Source: Cenococcum geophilum
Lineage: Eukaryota
NCBI GenBank assembly: GCA_050273025.1
Contig: CP158636.1
Span: 10,354,001 to 10,418,000 of the forward strand
DNA: 64,000 nt
Reading direction: 5' to 3'
In this document: in pieces, positions 24,211 to 38,052 of the stretch
Layout of the letters: the number at the start of each line of letters is the position of its first letter
How positions within the stretch are numbered: position 1 is the first letter of the stretch
Program-made: the position numbers and the translations under genes
Notes under the pieces: model-generated
Databases searched by the model: none
Told to the model about the DNA's origin: nothing
Seen by the model: only the letters and a program-made list of their open reading frames with translations

Positions 24211-27145
24211 CTACGATAAGGAATTATTAGCTATTATTAGATATTTTAAATAATGGCGACCTAAACTAGAAGGCGCTAGATTCCTAATTAAGGTCTTTAG
24301 CGACTATAAGAACCTATAGTACTTTACAACCACGAAATAGCTAAGCCACTATTAGGCCCGCTAGTTAAAATACCTATCCCGTTTTTAATTCTTAATTATA
24401 TACCGCCTAGGCGTTTAAGGCTAAAAGCCTAATACCTTAACCTAACGCTCGCAAGACGCGCCAGCACTAGAAGAAGCGCGCTCTTATTAAAATTAGACCC
24501 TACTTTACCCTAAACTATTTAACCCTCTTACTAAAGATATTACGGTATACGTCCTTAAAATAACTAACTAATTAATTAAATAGATTATAACTAATAAATA
24601 CCTAAATAACGAGTTTATCTAAGAGACGCTTAAGCTAATGTAAAATGGCATTAGACGCTCTAAAAGGATTTCTTTAAGTAAATATAAAGCCTGTAGGAAC
24701 CGCTTGTACTACTAAAACTGCCTAGTTATACCTAACCACAATAAACTTAAGCTTAAGCTCCTTAAACACGTATATAATCTACCAGTAGCCGGCTACCTAG
24801 GCTAAGGAAAAACCCTAAAGCTACTCCAATGGGAGTATTACTGGCTAAATATATATAATATAATATGAAGATATGTCTCTAGCTATTATATCTGCTGATA
24901 AGCCAAAGCTTCGCGCGAGACGTATAACGGCCTACTAAAGCCACTACCTATTCCGGACCGAAGATGGAAGAATATCTTAATTAACTTTATTGTTAACCTC
25001 CCTATAAGTAAAGGCTGTATAAATATTATAGTAGTTATAGACCAACTATCTAAGATAAGGCACTTAATTGCCTGCCCTAATATATTAACGCCTACTATTG
25101 CCTAACTGTTCTTAGATTACATATAGAAACTCTATAGACTCCCTAAAATAATTATCTCTAATAAAGGTAGCCAGTTTATCTCTATATTTTAGAAAGAACT
25201 AACTACCTAACTCTATATTAAAGCACTACTGTCTACCGCATATTACCTAGAAACGGACGGTTAAACGGAATATATAAACGCTATAATAGAATAGTATATC
25301 TAGATATATACGTCACACTTATAAGATAACTAGATTAACTGGCTTGCATTTACCAAGTTTATTACAAATAATTCCGTCTCGGAAACTATGAAGGTCTCCC
25401 CATTCCTAGCTAACTACGGCTAGTATCTATAAATGGGTTTTAAACCCTTTAGTAATGTCCCTCGCCCCGCTTATTACGCCTTATAAATTATAGAAGTAAA
25501 TAAATTCGTAAAAAAGATAGAGGAACTATAACAGTTTCTTACTAATAAAATAATATAGGCTTAATTTATTTATAAAGCCGCAGCAAATAAGAAACAAACC
25601 CTAGCACTAGCCTACTAAATTGGTAACTTTGTTTGGCTAGATATAAGAAATCTAAACACAAAACAACCTATTAAGAAGCTTAATTAGAAGAACGCTGGCC
25701 CTTATAAGGTTAAAAAGGTTGTCTTGTCCCACGCCTACTAACTAAAGCTCCCTAATACGGTTAAAATCTACCCCATATTCTATACGTTAGTCCTCCGCCC
25801 TACTGCTCCTATATTAGATGCCCTGCCCGGATAGATATAAGACCCTCCCCTACTAGTTAAAGTGGATGGTAAGAACGAGTACTTTGTTAAAAAAATTAAT
25901 GACATTAAGTACAATAAATGGAAACGTTAATATATATATCTTATGAAATAGAAAGGCTTTACTAAGTCCTTATAGGAACCTGTTAACTCTATAGGACTTA
26001 CATAAGCCGCAGAAGACTTTTACAAACTCCACCTAGAACTACCACAGCCCTATCTCGTAGAAGCTTAAGTTTAAAGGGGGGGTACTGTTATAGGATACCC
26101 CTATAATACCTTATACACATCCACCTATTTCCACTAACTTAGTAATTGGAGACTAACCGCGAAATAGCAATCTAATGGCAATCTAATGGCAATCTAATGG
26201 CAATTTAACGGCAATCTACGGCATTCTGCTATATTCTGCTAAGTTCCACTAAATTCTACTAAGTTTTGCTAGGACCACAACCTAAACCCTATTCTGCCCT
26301 ATGTATGTATTAACTAAGCAACTAAGTCAATAATATATACCCTTTCTTCCCGTTTTCCTACCTTCTTTTCTTACGTAACGTCTTGATTTTATCACACAGT
26401 TTATATACATAGCTTAATAATATCTACTTTGCTATATATTATTGTCGCTTATGCTCACTCTATAACACTACTATATTATTAAGCAGAAGCGCCTTTAAGA
26501 ATAGAAACTAAACCTAGACATCTAAAAGAAAGTAAAAGAAGTAATCTTATCTATACCTTAGATTAAACGCATAGTTAATTAAATTTAAAAAAGAGAATAA
26601 GAAGTAAAGAATATAGAATCTATAATTAACTTTAATTCCAAAACCCTACCTTCTAAGACACTAACTAGCTATACTACCGTATTTAGTACTAGTTAAGTAC
26701 TATTTAAACTTTAGAATACCTGGACACTTAACCCTAGCGCAGATATATACGTCTATAATAATAATAAAAACTTTACCTTCTTATACCTAGTAGTAGAAGA
26801 TAACTACCTAATTGCTAGTAGAAATTTTAAAGGGATTTAAGTATATAGAATAGTAACCATTACTATTAATATACCTACTAGGAAGTTAAAAATAAAGCTA
26901 TCTTACGTAGCACTAGCACCTACCTTTTTTACAAATATCGTAGCACTTTTAAGAGCTACTAATAATGATATCTATTTTAACCCAGGATAAAACCTACTAT
27001 ACTGTCTAGTAATTAGCGAAATAGTATGCTATATAAAACAACTAGGGGGCTACTAGGCACTAATGCACTAAGAGCCTATAAATACCCTAGATTTAACAAC
27101 TTAATCGACCTTCTTACTAAGAAGACACCAACTAAGCAGAATAGC

Positions 27146-27391
27146 TGTAACCGACTACCGACACTGTGCTGAGACACAAGATCATCGCTTGGAAGGCTCC
27201 AGGACAGCGTCAACGCCACCCTATATATTGATTGCAGATCAATATTGCTTGCAGATCACTGTTCCCATTTCAGTTACCTATTACCCTTTTATGTCTTATT
27301 ACCTCCACCTTCTTCGTGTATATATAGAGGCTTTAGAGCTACATTTACAATCAAGTTGCTTGTTTATTTCCCACACACTGCAAAGCTTACA
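27146..27391 (+). mobile_element. Solo LTR related to the LTR of its host Copia A
   Basis: TGTAACCGAC...GCTTACA; TSD ATAGC (27141-27145, 27392-27396); 3' half matches 37806-38052. Confidence 0.92.
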
Positions 27392-30300
27392 ATAGCCTAT
27401 AAACTAGTTGGAGCCACAGCTATAAAATGGTATAAAATTCTTAGCTATATAGGACCTAACGCTACTAAGCAGCTTCCTAAGTACGTTAATAGCGTAGAGC
27501 TAACCAAATTAACTACCGAATAAGTACCACTTAAAATCGAATATAAAGCTTACTTATTAGTAAAGCATATATAGTAGATCTCTTAAAGACAAGAACATGA
27601 ATTTCTAGCCACTTGACCATTTAAACGGCTCGCATTTAATATTATTAACCTTGGAGTACCTAGATATAACTATAATAAATATATTATACATTTCTACTAC
27701 ACGTATTCTAAATTTAACTTTATATTTACCTCTAGGAATAAGGACAAAGCTACTATCCTACCTACTATTCGCAAGACTTACTATTTAATTAAAATACATT
27801 CCATTAAGATATTATCTTCTTCTAGAGCAACAATAAATATACATTTAGACAAACGGGAGACACCCTATAGACGTAGTATGCAGATAAAGGCATTACTTTT
27901 AAATGCCGGGCACTATATACTAAGGAATAAAATAGTAGAGCTAAACGATCTGGACAAACCCTTATAGAACAATTAAGGGCTATATAGCTGGAAGCATCCT
28001 TACCCCCATCTCTAGGACTAAAGGCTTTCCTTACTACTAGCTACGCACTTAATTAAACCCCAAATAAGCAACTAGGGTAGAAAACTCTGTACAAGATCGC
28101 CTACGGCAAGCCGCTATCACTTACCTATATATACGTATATGGCTGCAAGACCTATACGCTAGACAAGCAAGTTAAAAAGGGAGATAAGCTAGGTCCCTAT
28201 GCATCGATTAGATATCTAGTTGGCTATAATTTAACTAATATCTACTATATCTGGATTCCAAGTCTCTATAAGGTTATTTAAACTAGAGACGTTATATTTA
28301 ATAGGACCTTATTCTATAACCTTAAGGGTTAAGATATTAACTACCTACTAAGGGAAGTATTAGAAGACACCCTCTAGATAATTAGTCTACTAGAACCTCT
28401 CTATAAGGACAAATCTAAGGACGAATTAATTTTATATACAGTTAACCTTACCTCTAAAAGACCTACCTTAAATATAGATTAAACGACTATACCTAAATTA
28501 AATAATGCGGTAGAGCCTCCTATAAAGGATACTAAGTAGTTACTAACTCCTAGTAGAACGGTATCTCTAGATCTACTAGAAATAAACACTATACTAGGAG
28601 GACTTTAAGACAATATCCTAGATATAATTAAAGCAATCCCTACTTAGCTAAGCTCCCTAAAACTATCTAATAGAGTAACTAATATAGCTCTATAAGCTAA
28701 TAAAGTCTTAGCTAAACCTTTTACTAACCTTATCCTACTGTCGGTATACTCGCTTTATTAACGTGCACGAATATCACTTATAGTAGTACGTATGCGGTGT
28801 TGAAGTTGGTAGTTAATTGTTGTCTAGAAGTAAGGGGTTGCTCCAAGGTTAAATCAGCTAGCCTCGCTTCGTGGTCCCGTGACCGCGTTATATAACTAAC
28901 GTTCCGATACTAGAGCAACTCTAAAAAGAAGGCTAGTCTATTTCTAGACTATTTATAGTATATACGTAATAGCTTCTACGCTCCTTTTATAGGTCTGTAA
29001 TATAATGATATAAGTTATATAACTTCCTACTATCTTCTGCCAGTTATATAACTTTTTACTATCTTCTGCCAGTTATATAACCCGCAAAACCCCTTCTATT
29101 ACTCCTTATATTCCACCTAACCTACAGCCTGTATATCGACTTAGTTTGTGTTAATAAGTCGCTGTAGAGCGACACAAGGCTTCCCCTTAGTCATCGCGTC
29201 CGCAGGGTTAGCTTCACCATCAATCCATTTAACCTCTATGATCTGCCGACGTTTATAGGCTTATCGTAGGCACATTACATCGATTATTAATTGCTTCTCT
29301 TATATAGTTCCAAGTCGTATAAGATAGTTATATAGCGACTTAGAATCGGTGTAAAGCATAAGTAGAAGGTTGATCTGTAGGACCTTGTTTACCGTAGACT
29401 TAATAGCAACGGCGATATTAAAGCCGTAAGCTATTCCGTAAAGTTTAGAAGCCAAAACGCTTCTAGTAACTCTTTTACACTTAATTAAGCTCTAATAGAC
29501 AATATTAGCCTTCTTAGTTACGTTAGCTAGTGTAATAATGTAGCTAATTTGTAAAGATAGGTCCTTATTATTAGTAAAGGAAGTATCTATAAAGACTAAG
29601 AGCTATAGGGTCTTAGCCTCCAATTTAATAAACTTAAAACCTCTATGTAAGTTCTAAGTCTACCAACTTAGGCGCTTATTTAACTCCTTTACGTCTACCT
29701 CCTTAGAATTAATTACCTAGGCAGTAAAGGATAAGTTAAATAAAGCCTTTAGCTAATAAACTAAGGCGATATAGGCTTCTCTAGCGCGTTAAGCGATATA
29801 CTAGTCCTTTAGCATAAGTAGGTTACGCGTAACTTCTCTAGAGCTAGTGCTGTCTACTAGCGTAGTATTAACTACACTAAGGTTCTTATACTGGCGCTTT
29901 TACGTCAGCGTAATACTCCTGTCTTATATTAATTAAATAAGCCCTCTATTAAACTTAATTGGTATATCAGTAGTTAGTTACTCTCGTTCCTTAGCTATAA
30001 ATTTAGCCTTATATAGTTCGCTTTATTTAGCCTCTATAAAGGTATTATCTATAAGGAATAGCGTATTATTAGTCTATAGGCCGACAATTCTAAAAGGTTT
30101 ATTACTATAAAGCAAGTAAGAGTTATATATGGACTAGTCTATTCGTAGCTAATTAACGTGGTATAAATAGTAGGTCTTAAACTAGTGGTTTCTAGCTTTA
30201 GGCACTCTATAAAGTGGTTTTATAACCTTTAGAATAGAGTCCTTATTAATTCCTAATTGTTTATTTAGCTCGTGTGGTGGTTATACGTAGAACTCGCAGT

Positions 30301-31234
30301 TTAGGTTTATAGTGGACTAGACATAGGCTTATAAGATATCTTAGAGGTAAAGTTATATCTACAGTAGTATAGCAGCGATATAGAGAATTAGCCGCTAGCT
30401 AACTTGTTAAATTATTAGTAACTAAGTAAGGACTAGCTCTTTCTCTAAATTATTATAGGCCTATATAACAAGTTATAATTTCTTAAAGGCTTTATTAGTT
30501 CCCTTATTCTTAATCTTATTAATAAACTGTAAATTAAAGAGTCTAACCCCCTTTAGCATATTATATAGCTTAATAATCTTAAAGACGCCTTTCTTAAGTA
30601 GGCCTGTGACCTCCTTTTATTGTAAAGCGCTAAATTAGGTGTTACTGTCGTTCTATAAGTAAATAGTAGTGTTAGCTATATCTACGGTATCATCGTCCCA
30701 TAAGTAGATAGCAATATTAGCTATATCTATAATATTACCCATAAAGCACCTATATCTATTATAGCGTCCGTAACAGCTGTGTCTGCAACAGCTATAAGTA
30801 ATAGGTATTTACGGGGCTAACCTCTGCCTCGCTTTAGTAGTAGCTATAGTTTAGCTTTAGGTAACGATTAAGGTTTAGCTAGTAAAGATACTAGTTTATC
30901 TAATTTAACAGACTCTTATAATTTGGCTAAGTCTTATAGGTCTAATAGGTAAGGTTTTACAACCGTAAAGCGGAAGGTCGTAGGTCTATTTAGTAGCTTT
31001 ACGGTATAGGTTTTACCGTTAACGGTAAGTAGCATATATAGCCCGTCCCAATAACTACTTTAGCTAGTATTGCCTTTTCTCCAGACTAAGACAGGCGAAC
31101 TAGGTGGGAGGCCGTAAATAGCGTTAGTTTATAGTCTATTTCGCATATTAAGAGCATTAGCAATCTATTATTTAGCTTATAGCTTCTAGATTTCCACTAT
31201 TGCTTTCTTAATAGCCGTAGCTCGCTATGTAACT

Positions 31235-32227
31235 CAGTGTGGTTTTGGATAATGCGAATAAGCGAGCATAAAATATCCTTTATCCAATAGAAAATGCATA
31301 AAATATCGCAATCGATAAGGATAAAGTGCCCTGTGCGGGGCTTTTCTACCCCAACCAAGTAGAATAGGACAGAACCGTCGTACGCAGAGCCGTCGTGCAG
31401 AGCTTTTGTATGCAGAGCTTCGTGTAGAGCCTCCGTACGTAGAGCTTCGTGCAGAGCTTCGTGCAGAGCCTCCGTACGCAGAGCTTCGTGCAGAGCCTCC
31501 GTACACGGAGCTTCGTGCAGAGCTTCGCGCAGAGCTTCGTGCGGAGCTTCGCACAGAGCTTCGTACAGAGCTTCGCACAGAGCTTTGTGCAGAGCTTCGT
31601 GCAGAGCTTTGTGCAGAGCTTCGTGCAGAGCTTTGTGCAGAGCTTCGTGCAGAGCTTCGTGCAGAGCTTCGCGCAGAGCTTCGCGCAGAGCTTCGCGCAG
31701 AGCTTCGCGCAGAGCTTTGTGCGGAGCTTCGTGCAGAGCTTCGCGCAGGGCTTCGTACAGAGCTTCGCACAGAGCTTCGAGCAGAGCTTCGTGCAGAGCT
31801 TCGCGCAGAGCTTTGTGCGGAGCTTCGTGCAGGGCTTCGTGTAGAGCTTCGTGTAGAGCTTCGTGCAGAGCTTCGTGTAGAGCTTCGCGCAGGGCTTCGT
31901 GTAGAGCTTCGCGCGGAGCTTCGTGCGGAACTTCGTAAAGCTTCATGCAGAGCTTCGTGCGGAGCTTCCGTATGCAGAGCTTCCATGTACAGAGCCGGAT
32001 GTAGAGCCATATATAGAGCCACCTACTAAAATTTGGAAAAAAAGGATAATATAACTTTATTTACTAGGCGCAAATCGGTTATCTTTACATAATAATAAAG
32101 AAGAAGGCGACTGAAAATATATTTGGGGTATGCCAAGACTTATCGCGATAAAACGCAATAGATATCCTTATCGCGATAAGGATATCCATTGCATTTATCG
32201 CGATAAGATTTATCCAAAACCACACTG
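31235..32227. mobile_element. hAT-type MITE (993 bp) carrying the 12-bp satellite
   Basis: Perfect 18-bp TIR CAGTGTGGTTTTGGATAA / TTATCCAAAACCACACTG; 8-bp TSD ATGTAACT (31227-31234, 32228-32235); subterminal TTATCGCGATAA motifs. Confidence 0.96.
31385..32000 (-). repeat. 12-bp satellite (GCAGAGCTTCGT on +, i.e. GCACGAAGCTCT on -)
   Basis: Direct inspection; same unit and same GCGTACRGAGG variant as 11461-12115. Confidence 0.97.
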
Positions 32228-35200
32228 ATGTAACTAAAGGTAATAGCGCGTCCAATTTAACTATTTAGGGATAGGCTCTAAAGACTAGGAGTATAGGGAC
32301 TAGGCCCTCTAGGCCAGCCGTATTATTAATGGCTTTAAGAGCTATTTATAGGACTACCTCCTTACTAATTTTAGGGATTTCAGTTATAATAATTTGGTAG
32401 GCTCGTTATAGCGGACTATAGTAGCGCTCTACTATTCTAATGGAATTATATAATTTGACTAGAACTAACTTTATGGTTGCTCCCATAGTAGCAGCGTAGT
32501 GCTTAAACTCCTTACTAATAAAGTTCTTCCTAGCGTCTATAGTAATTAAGTTTAGTAGTCCTAAATAGCTATTAATCTAGTATATTTATAGAACATCCTA
32601 AGTGTGCTTAGCGCTGATATCTTATAACTATCTACTAGCTTAAAATCGAGTTGCTTTATTAACTACGTATAGTAAGGGGGAGCCGCTAATATATATAATA
32701 TTATAATTAAAATTAACGTTATTTTATAAGGTGAAGCGAAATCTACCTAGAGATCTACTAAACTTTTAGCAGTAGTGGCAGAGTCTAGTTAGCTCTTTAA
32801 TAGCAGATCTATTAGTATTATAGCCATAGCTAGCCTTATTAAGGAGCTTTTACAGTCTATTAACTAATGGGTAACTAAATTAACGGTATAGACGTCGTAG
32901 TTCTACATTAGTTAAGTAGTAAGGGTTCGCGTTAAAGAGTCAACTAAATAAGACTATAAAGAGAAGTTCTATAAGAGAAATGGGTGGCCAAATCGTCTAA
33001 CTACTGGCACCTTTTTAGTGCGAGTAATAATAATATCCTTTAGGTTATTATATTTAATATAGAGTCTATCCATATCTACTAAGCAAAGTAGGAAAGAAGT
33101 ATCTGCTTTAATGATATAGAATTATATCTTACCTATAGGGCTGTTAATATCTATAGTTCCGATAAACGTAGAGGCTCCGATCCCAAATTAGATAGTTACT
33201 TAGCCCTTAGTTAACGTATTAAGACTTATAGACTTATCTACAGCCTATAGAGCTTAGAATTGGCTATAGCTAGCTATAGATTTGCGTAAAGCGCCTATAT
33301 TAATTATAATTCCTATAAAGACCGTTAAGGTATATTGTGACGCTGTGGTTGTAGCCGTATTATAGGCAAATAGGTCGGTCTCCGTGTAAGGTTCCGTAGT
33401 AAACTCTATAGTAAGTTTTAAAGCCGTAAGCAGGTATATATAAGCCTTATTAGCTAGCTCTATACTTATAGAGGTTTCTTCCTCCGTAGTAAATGTTCTA
33501 AAGGTGGTAATATAGGTAGAATTATTATTAGGTTCTCCGGTATTGCTCCTAGAGTTATTAGCGTCGTATATATAGGCTTTAAAGTCTAAATTATTATCTT
33601 TATCTCTTTCGCAAGCAGCAACGTATTACTTAAAGTAGTTATTAAAGTTACCCTTATTACGGCCCTTAATATTAATAAAGCGTCTCTTATAGTCGTCTCT
33701 GGACCGATTACGCTCCTCCTCTATATGTTTCTATAAACGGCAGTCCTCCTTCTTATAGACGTAGCACTTAGCCTTTAGTCTACTATTGGTTTTATAAAAG
33801 CAATTACTGCCGTAGCGATTAGTGTTTTAGTCTCAACTTTAGTCGTTCTAATAGTAGCGTTAATCCGTAAAAAAGGCTTAGTGAGATAGTCTTATTAAGG
33901 CCTATAAGGGGTATTCTTTTTCCTATATAACAATAAAGGATTATAGCTTACTAATTAACTAAGAAAGGTCTTTTAAGGGGTTAAAGACAGCAATATAGTA
34001 TACTAGTACTCCCTAGTAAGCAGTAACTAACTTATTTATAAGAATGCGGTTTATATAGAAGTTTAGGTATAGTCTATAACGTTACTTTAGCAGTTTATCT
34101 ATAAGCAGTTAGAAGTTCTAATAGATTAACTTATTAGGGTTCTCGTCTATAACTTCTTAAAGGGTTATATTATTCTACTCCGTAAGGTTCTTATAGTAGT
34201 ATTCTAGCCCTTTAAAGAACTATCGCATATAGTTATAGGCTTTAGTAAAAGGTCTTAACTCAAGGTTGCTGTTATAGTAGTAGTCCTAAGTAAGCCCTTT
34301 TAGTATGCTAGGGAATGCTACTATAAAGCCTTCTAGTGGTAAGCTAGACCTCTTATAGATATTATAGAAGATAGTTAACTTAAAGTTAAAGCTGTTACTA
34401 ACTCTATTGTACTTTTAGTCGTCTATATAGATCTTTATAATTATAGCTACCTCCTTACTATATCTAGGTCCTTGCCTAGGTCCTTACTCTATACTAGGCA
34501 TAGCTAGTTTAGGTAGTATATATATATACGGCTGCTGCGGTTACTACGGCTGCTATAGTTACTGCTCTCTTAACTATAGTAATTGGTTAATAAGAGTGTG
34601 GATTTAGTTGTAATTAGAGGACTAAGGGTCGGAAGGGGTAGTAGAGGTAGTAGGGGTAGCGGGGGCAGCGATCGGGGTAGCTGGCGGTGCAGCGATTAGA
34701 GTAGCTGGCGGTGCAGCGATTGGGGTAACTAGTGGTGCAGCAGTTGGAATAGCTGGTAAAGTTGGCGGAGCAGCTAGTGGTAGGGCTAGAGATGCTTATA
34801 TAGCTAGTGAGGGACTATAGGAAGGTATTAACGCCGGTAGAACTATAGCAAGCTTATCTAAGGTTAAATTAAGTTGGTCTTATAGAGCTATAGTAATTAT
34901 TAACTTAATATCATTAAGGGCTAAACCAATCTCTTTATCCGTCCATTCGTAAAACTCTTCTTTATTAGCAACGTCCGTTAGCACTTTATTAAGGGGGTAT
35001 CTCTTATTTTACTTAATAATATATACTCCTCTTTTAACTAGGTAGTTACGGATTTCTAACCTAGTATTAGATTGTACTCGTTTAAAGATCTCTAGCGTAA
35101 AGTCCTTAAAGTCTTCCTAAAACACTGTCCACAATAAAAAGTCTATAAGGTTAGATCGTGTATATAGGTATATCTTAGTCTCCACATACTCCGTTAGATT

Positions 35201-37805
35201 GTCATTTATAGCTATCTCTAAGTTAATTCCGTAGCCGTACTTAGCAATTCTCTCCTTCCAATTAATTTCCATATTGTCGTGTCTTTGTGTATATTATGGT
35301 TTGAGGTCAGGTAGAGGTTCTAAAGGTTTAAGTTTAAGGTTAAGTTTGAGGTTTAAGGTTAAGGTTGAGGTTAAGGTTGAGGGTTATAGTCAAGGTCAGG
35401 GGTATACGTTCTCTACAGCCGTTAGGCCTATAAAGTGTTCTTAGCAAGACTGCTATTCTCTTAGCGATCTATTATATTAGCTATAAAGCTAGCACAAATT
35501 CTCTTAAGCTTAAGGGAGGTCGTAATCTTCTTTAAGTAAAAATACAATTCTCTAGGCAATTTAACGCGTTAACAGTTAAGCTAATACGTGGTCTCGAGCT
35601 TTAAGGGTAATATAGCTTTCTTCTTTAACTGAAATAGACAAGGCTAGGCAATCCGTATACTGTTTCTAGTACGGTTCTTAAGCTCTAGCTTATTGCGTAT
35701 TTCCTAATCTATATGTCTACTAATTAGTATCGGTATACTCGCTTTATTAACGTGCACGAATATCACTTATAGTGGTACGTATACGGTGCTGAAGTTAGTA
35801 GTTAATTGTTGTCTAGAAGTAAGGGGTTGCTCTAAGGTCAAATTAGCTAGCCTCGCTTCGTGGTCCCGTAACCGCGTCACATAACTAATATTCCAACACC
35901 TACTAAAAGGATTAAAATAAATTTAACGTTAAGCGCATGCAACAGCACTAGCCAATCTATCTACTCTATTTGGTTACTACGCTGGATTTGCCATAGGACT
36001 AGTAAAGGACATCAACTGAACTAGATCCTTATCTCTATATTAAGACAATCTTCCTCCTAAACTAAAGAACCTTAAGGAGCTAAGAAAGTATCTATTGACT
36101 ACTAGCTTCTAAAAGGCTATAGAAAAAGAATACAACGACTTAAAACGCTAAGGGATATTCAAGACTGTACTAAAAGAAGAAGTAAGCAATAAGCAGATCC
36201 TTCTACTAAAATAGGTCTTCAAATATAAGCTTAATAGCGACGGCTACCTACAAAAGCTTAAAGCTCAATTATATGTCCGTAGAGACTTATAGATTACCAA
36301 AGAAGAGACCTATACAGCAACCCTAGCTACTCGAATATTCCGTGCCCTTATAGCTATAGCAGCCGCATTTAATTTAGAAATTCGATAGTATAACGCTGTA
36401 AACGCATTTATAAACGCCAAGCTTAGTAAGCTAGTTTACTGCTACTGCCCAGAAGGATTTAATCAAGATAGATACGTCCTAGAGCTACTTATAGCACTCT
36501 ATAGATTAAAAATATCACCGCTACTATAGTACAAAGAGCTCACTAGTACACTAACTAAATTTGGATTAAAACCTATTCTAGGTACTAACTGCCTATTTAC
36601 CGATAGACGACTTATTATCTTCTTCTATATAGACGATATTGCCGTTCTATTTGCCAAAAAGGACCTTTAAAGACTTGAAGAATTTAAGGCTAAATTACTA
36701 TAACGATATAAGGTCCGTGCACTAGGAGATCTATAATAGTTCCTAGGAATTTAAATCAAACGAGATTAACTAAGTCAAAAGCTCTGGCTTTACCAAGACT
36801 CCTATATTGAAAAGATAGCCAATTAATTTAATATTCAACTAGGCAGATTTCCTAAGTTACTACTTCCTGCCAAAGAACTGATTCCGTCCAACTAATAGAC
36901 GAACCCTTAAAGAATACTAGCCTACTAGTAATAAGTAGGTTCGCTTACACACCTAGTCGTATTTAGAAGGCCTAATATTACTAAGACGCATTTTAAGCTG
37001 GCCGAGTTCCTTACTAATCTAAATTAAAAGCACCTTAATGTAGCAAACCAAGCAATTACTTATTGCCTTAGAACAAAATCTATAGCTATTAAATACTCTG
37101 GCGAAGCTTTTAGAGCACACGTCTACTTTAGAAACCCTAAAGGAGAAGACATTACCTTTTACGGAGCATCTAATATAGTATTTACGGACTATAAAGAGAC
37201 TAGACAGAGCTCTTAAGGATACCTATTTTTCCTATTTAGAGGACTAATTAATTGGAAGGCGACCCTATAGCAATTAGTAACTCGTTTAACTACTAAAGCA
37301 GAACTTCTCTCCCTATCTACTGCTGCTGTTAAGATTATCTAGTAGTAACAATTCTTTAAGGTAATTAGATTTAATTTAGAACGCGAATTTACCTTACTAT
37401 ATAATAATATATAAACCGTACGCCTTCTTAAATAGGACACACTAAAACCTAATACTAAGCTCCGACATATTAACGTCTATTAGCACTAGCTTAGACAGGA
37501 AGTTTAAGACAAAAAGATTGACGTTTAATGGGTTCCTACGGCCAAAATGCCTACCAACAGCCTTACCAAAATCTTACCTCGTTAAAAGCACGAAGCATAG
37601 ATAAAGCAGTTAAATTTGGTAGATATTTAACATCAGATTAATATTTTATCTAGCAACTAGTAATATCCGCAATATCTATAATATCCGCAATTACCCTATC
37701 CCTTTGCTACTCCCAAATTGTATCTAAATTCCCTATTTTGGTATAGTCTCTACCTTTATTTTTGTTTTTTATAGCTTTAACTACACCGTTAAATCTAGGG
37801 GGGTA

Positions 37806-38052
37806 TATAACCGACTATCGAGGTTCGCATTACCTTATAACTCACTACCCGTTTCTTGACATCGTATATCTTACTACCTATATCTCACTACCTATTTCCA
37901 TTACCCATTGCCGACTATAAGTGCTGTCTACCTCGGCAATTGTGCATTATTGTTATCATCTTCTTGTTACCCACTTCGTGTATATATAGACGCTTTAGAG
38001 CTACATTTACAATTAAGTCGCTTGTTCAATTCCCATACTATAAAAGCTTACA
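37806..38052 (+). repeat. 3' LTR of Copia A
   Basis: Follows the PPT; TATAACCGAC...GCTTACA; homologous to 27146-27391. Confidence 0.9.

Larger units (their letters stand above)
15581..26467 (+). mobile_element. Ty3/Gypsy chromovirus (family B), full length, RIP-inactivated
   Basis: LTRs 15581-15909 and 26086-26467 (3' LTR longer by extra GGCAATCTAAT-type units); TSD CTACT (15576-15580, 26468-26472); gag LPDPPAYSG-like (~16261), RT YIDDILIY-like (~21569), integrase, chromodomain (~25860-26040); PPT AAAGGGGGGG. Confidence 0.96.
28739..35898 (-). mobile_element. Ty1/Copia, GalEa-type copy 1, full length, RIP-inactivated
   Basis: 171-bp LTRs 28739-28909 and 35728-35898; TSD CCTAC (28734-28738, 35899-35903); minus-strand RRLHRRFGHP-like, LQTDDTL-like RT, FVDASFANNKD and KRVTRSVLASELY RNase H; CTAATTAGT (RIPed CTGATCAGT) next to the 5' LTR. 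Confidence 0.93.
5885..38052 (+). mobile_element. Ty1/Copia element A, split into five pieces (5885-6078, 14756-15580, 26473-27145, 27397-28738, 35904-38052); 5' LTR outside window
   Basis: Reading continues across each insertion: gag (DWTQWFFIIQ|DTAK..VWEYIDP), Zn knuckle across 15580|26473, protease WTLDPGADTHVCN-like (~26721), WH.ILGH (~27428), EQNGGAERSG-like (~27926), RT WVFKYK..KLKARLCVRGD (~36212) and FYVDDI-like (~36625), RNase H (~37170-37560), PPT CTAGGGGGG and 3' LTR. Confidence 0.9.

Noticed and set aside
31197..32029. Five overlapping repetitive ORFs (EALH, SARS, RAEL, VQSF, CRAS)
   Set aside because: Same satellite, open in most frames by construction; bounded by MITE TIRs and TSD.
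34640..35400. 24-bp Pro/Ala repeats and (TTGAGG)n-like run resembling telomeric repeats
   Set aside because: Low-complexity parts of the GalEa gag and 5' UTR; not a TTAGGG array.
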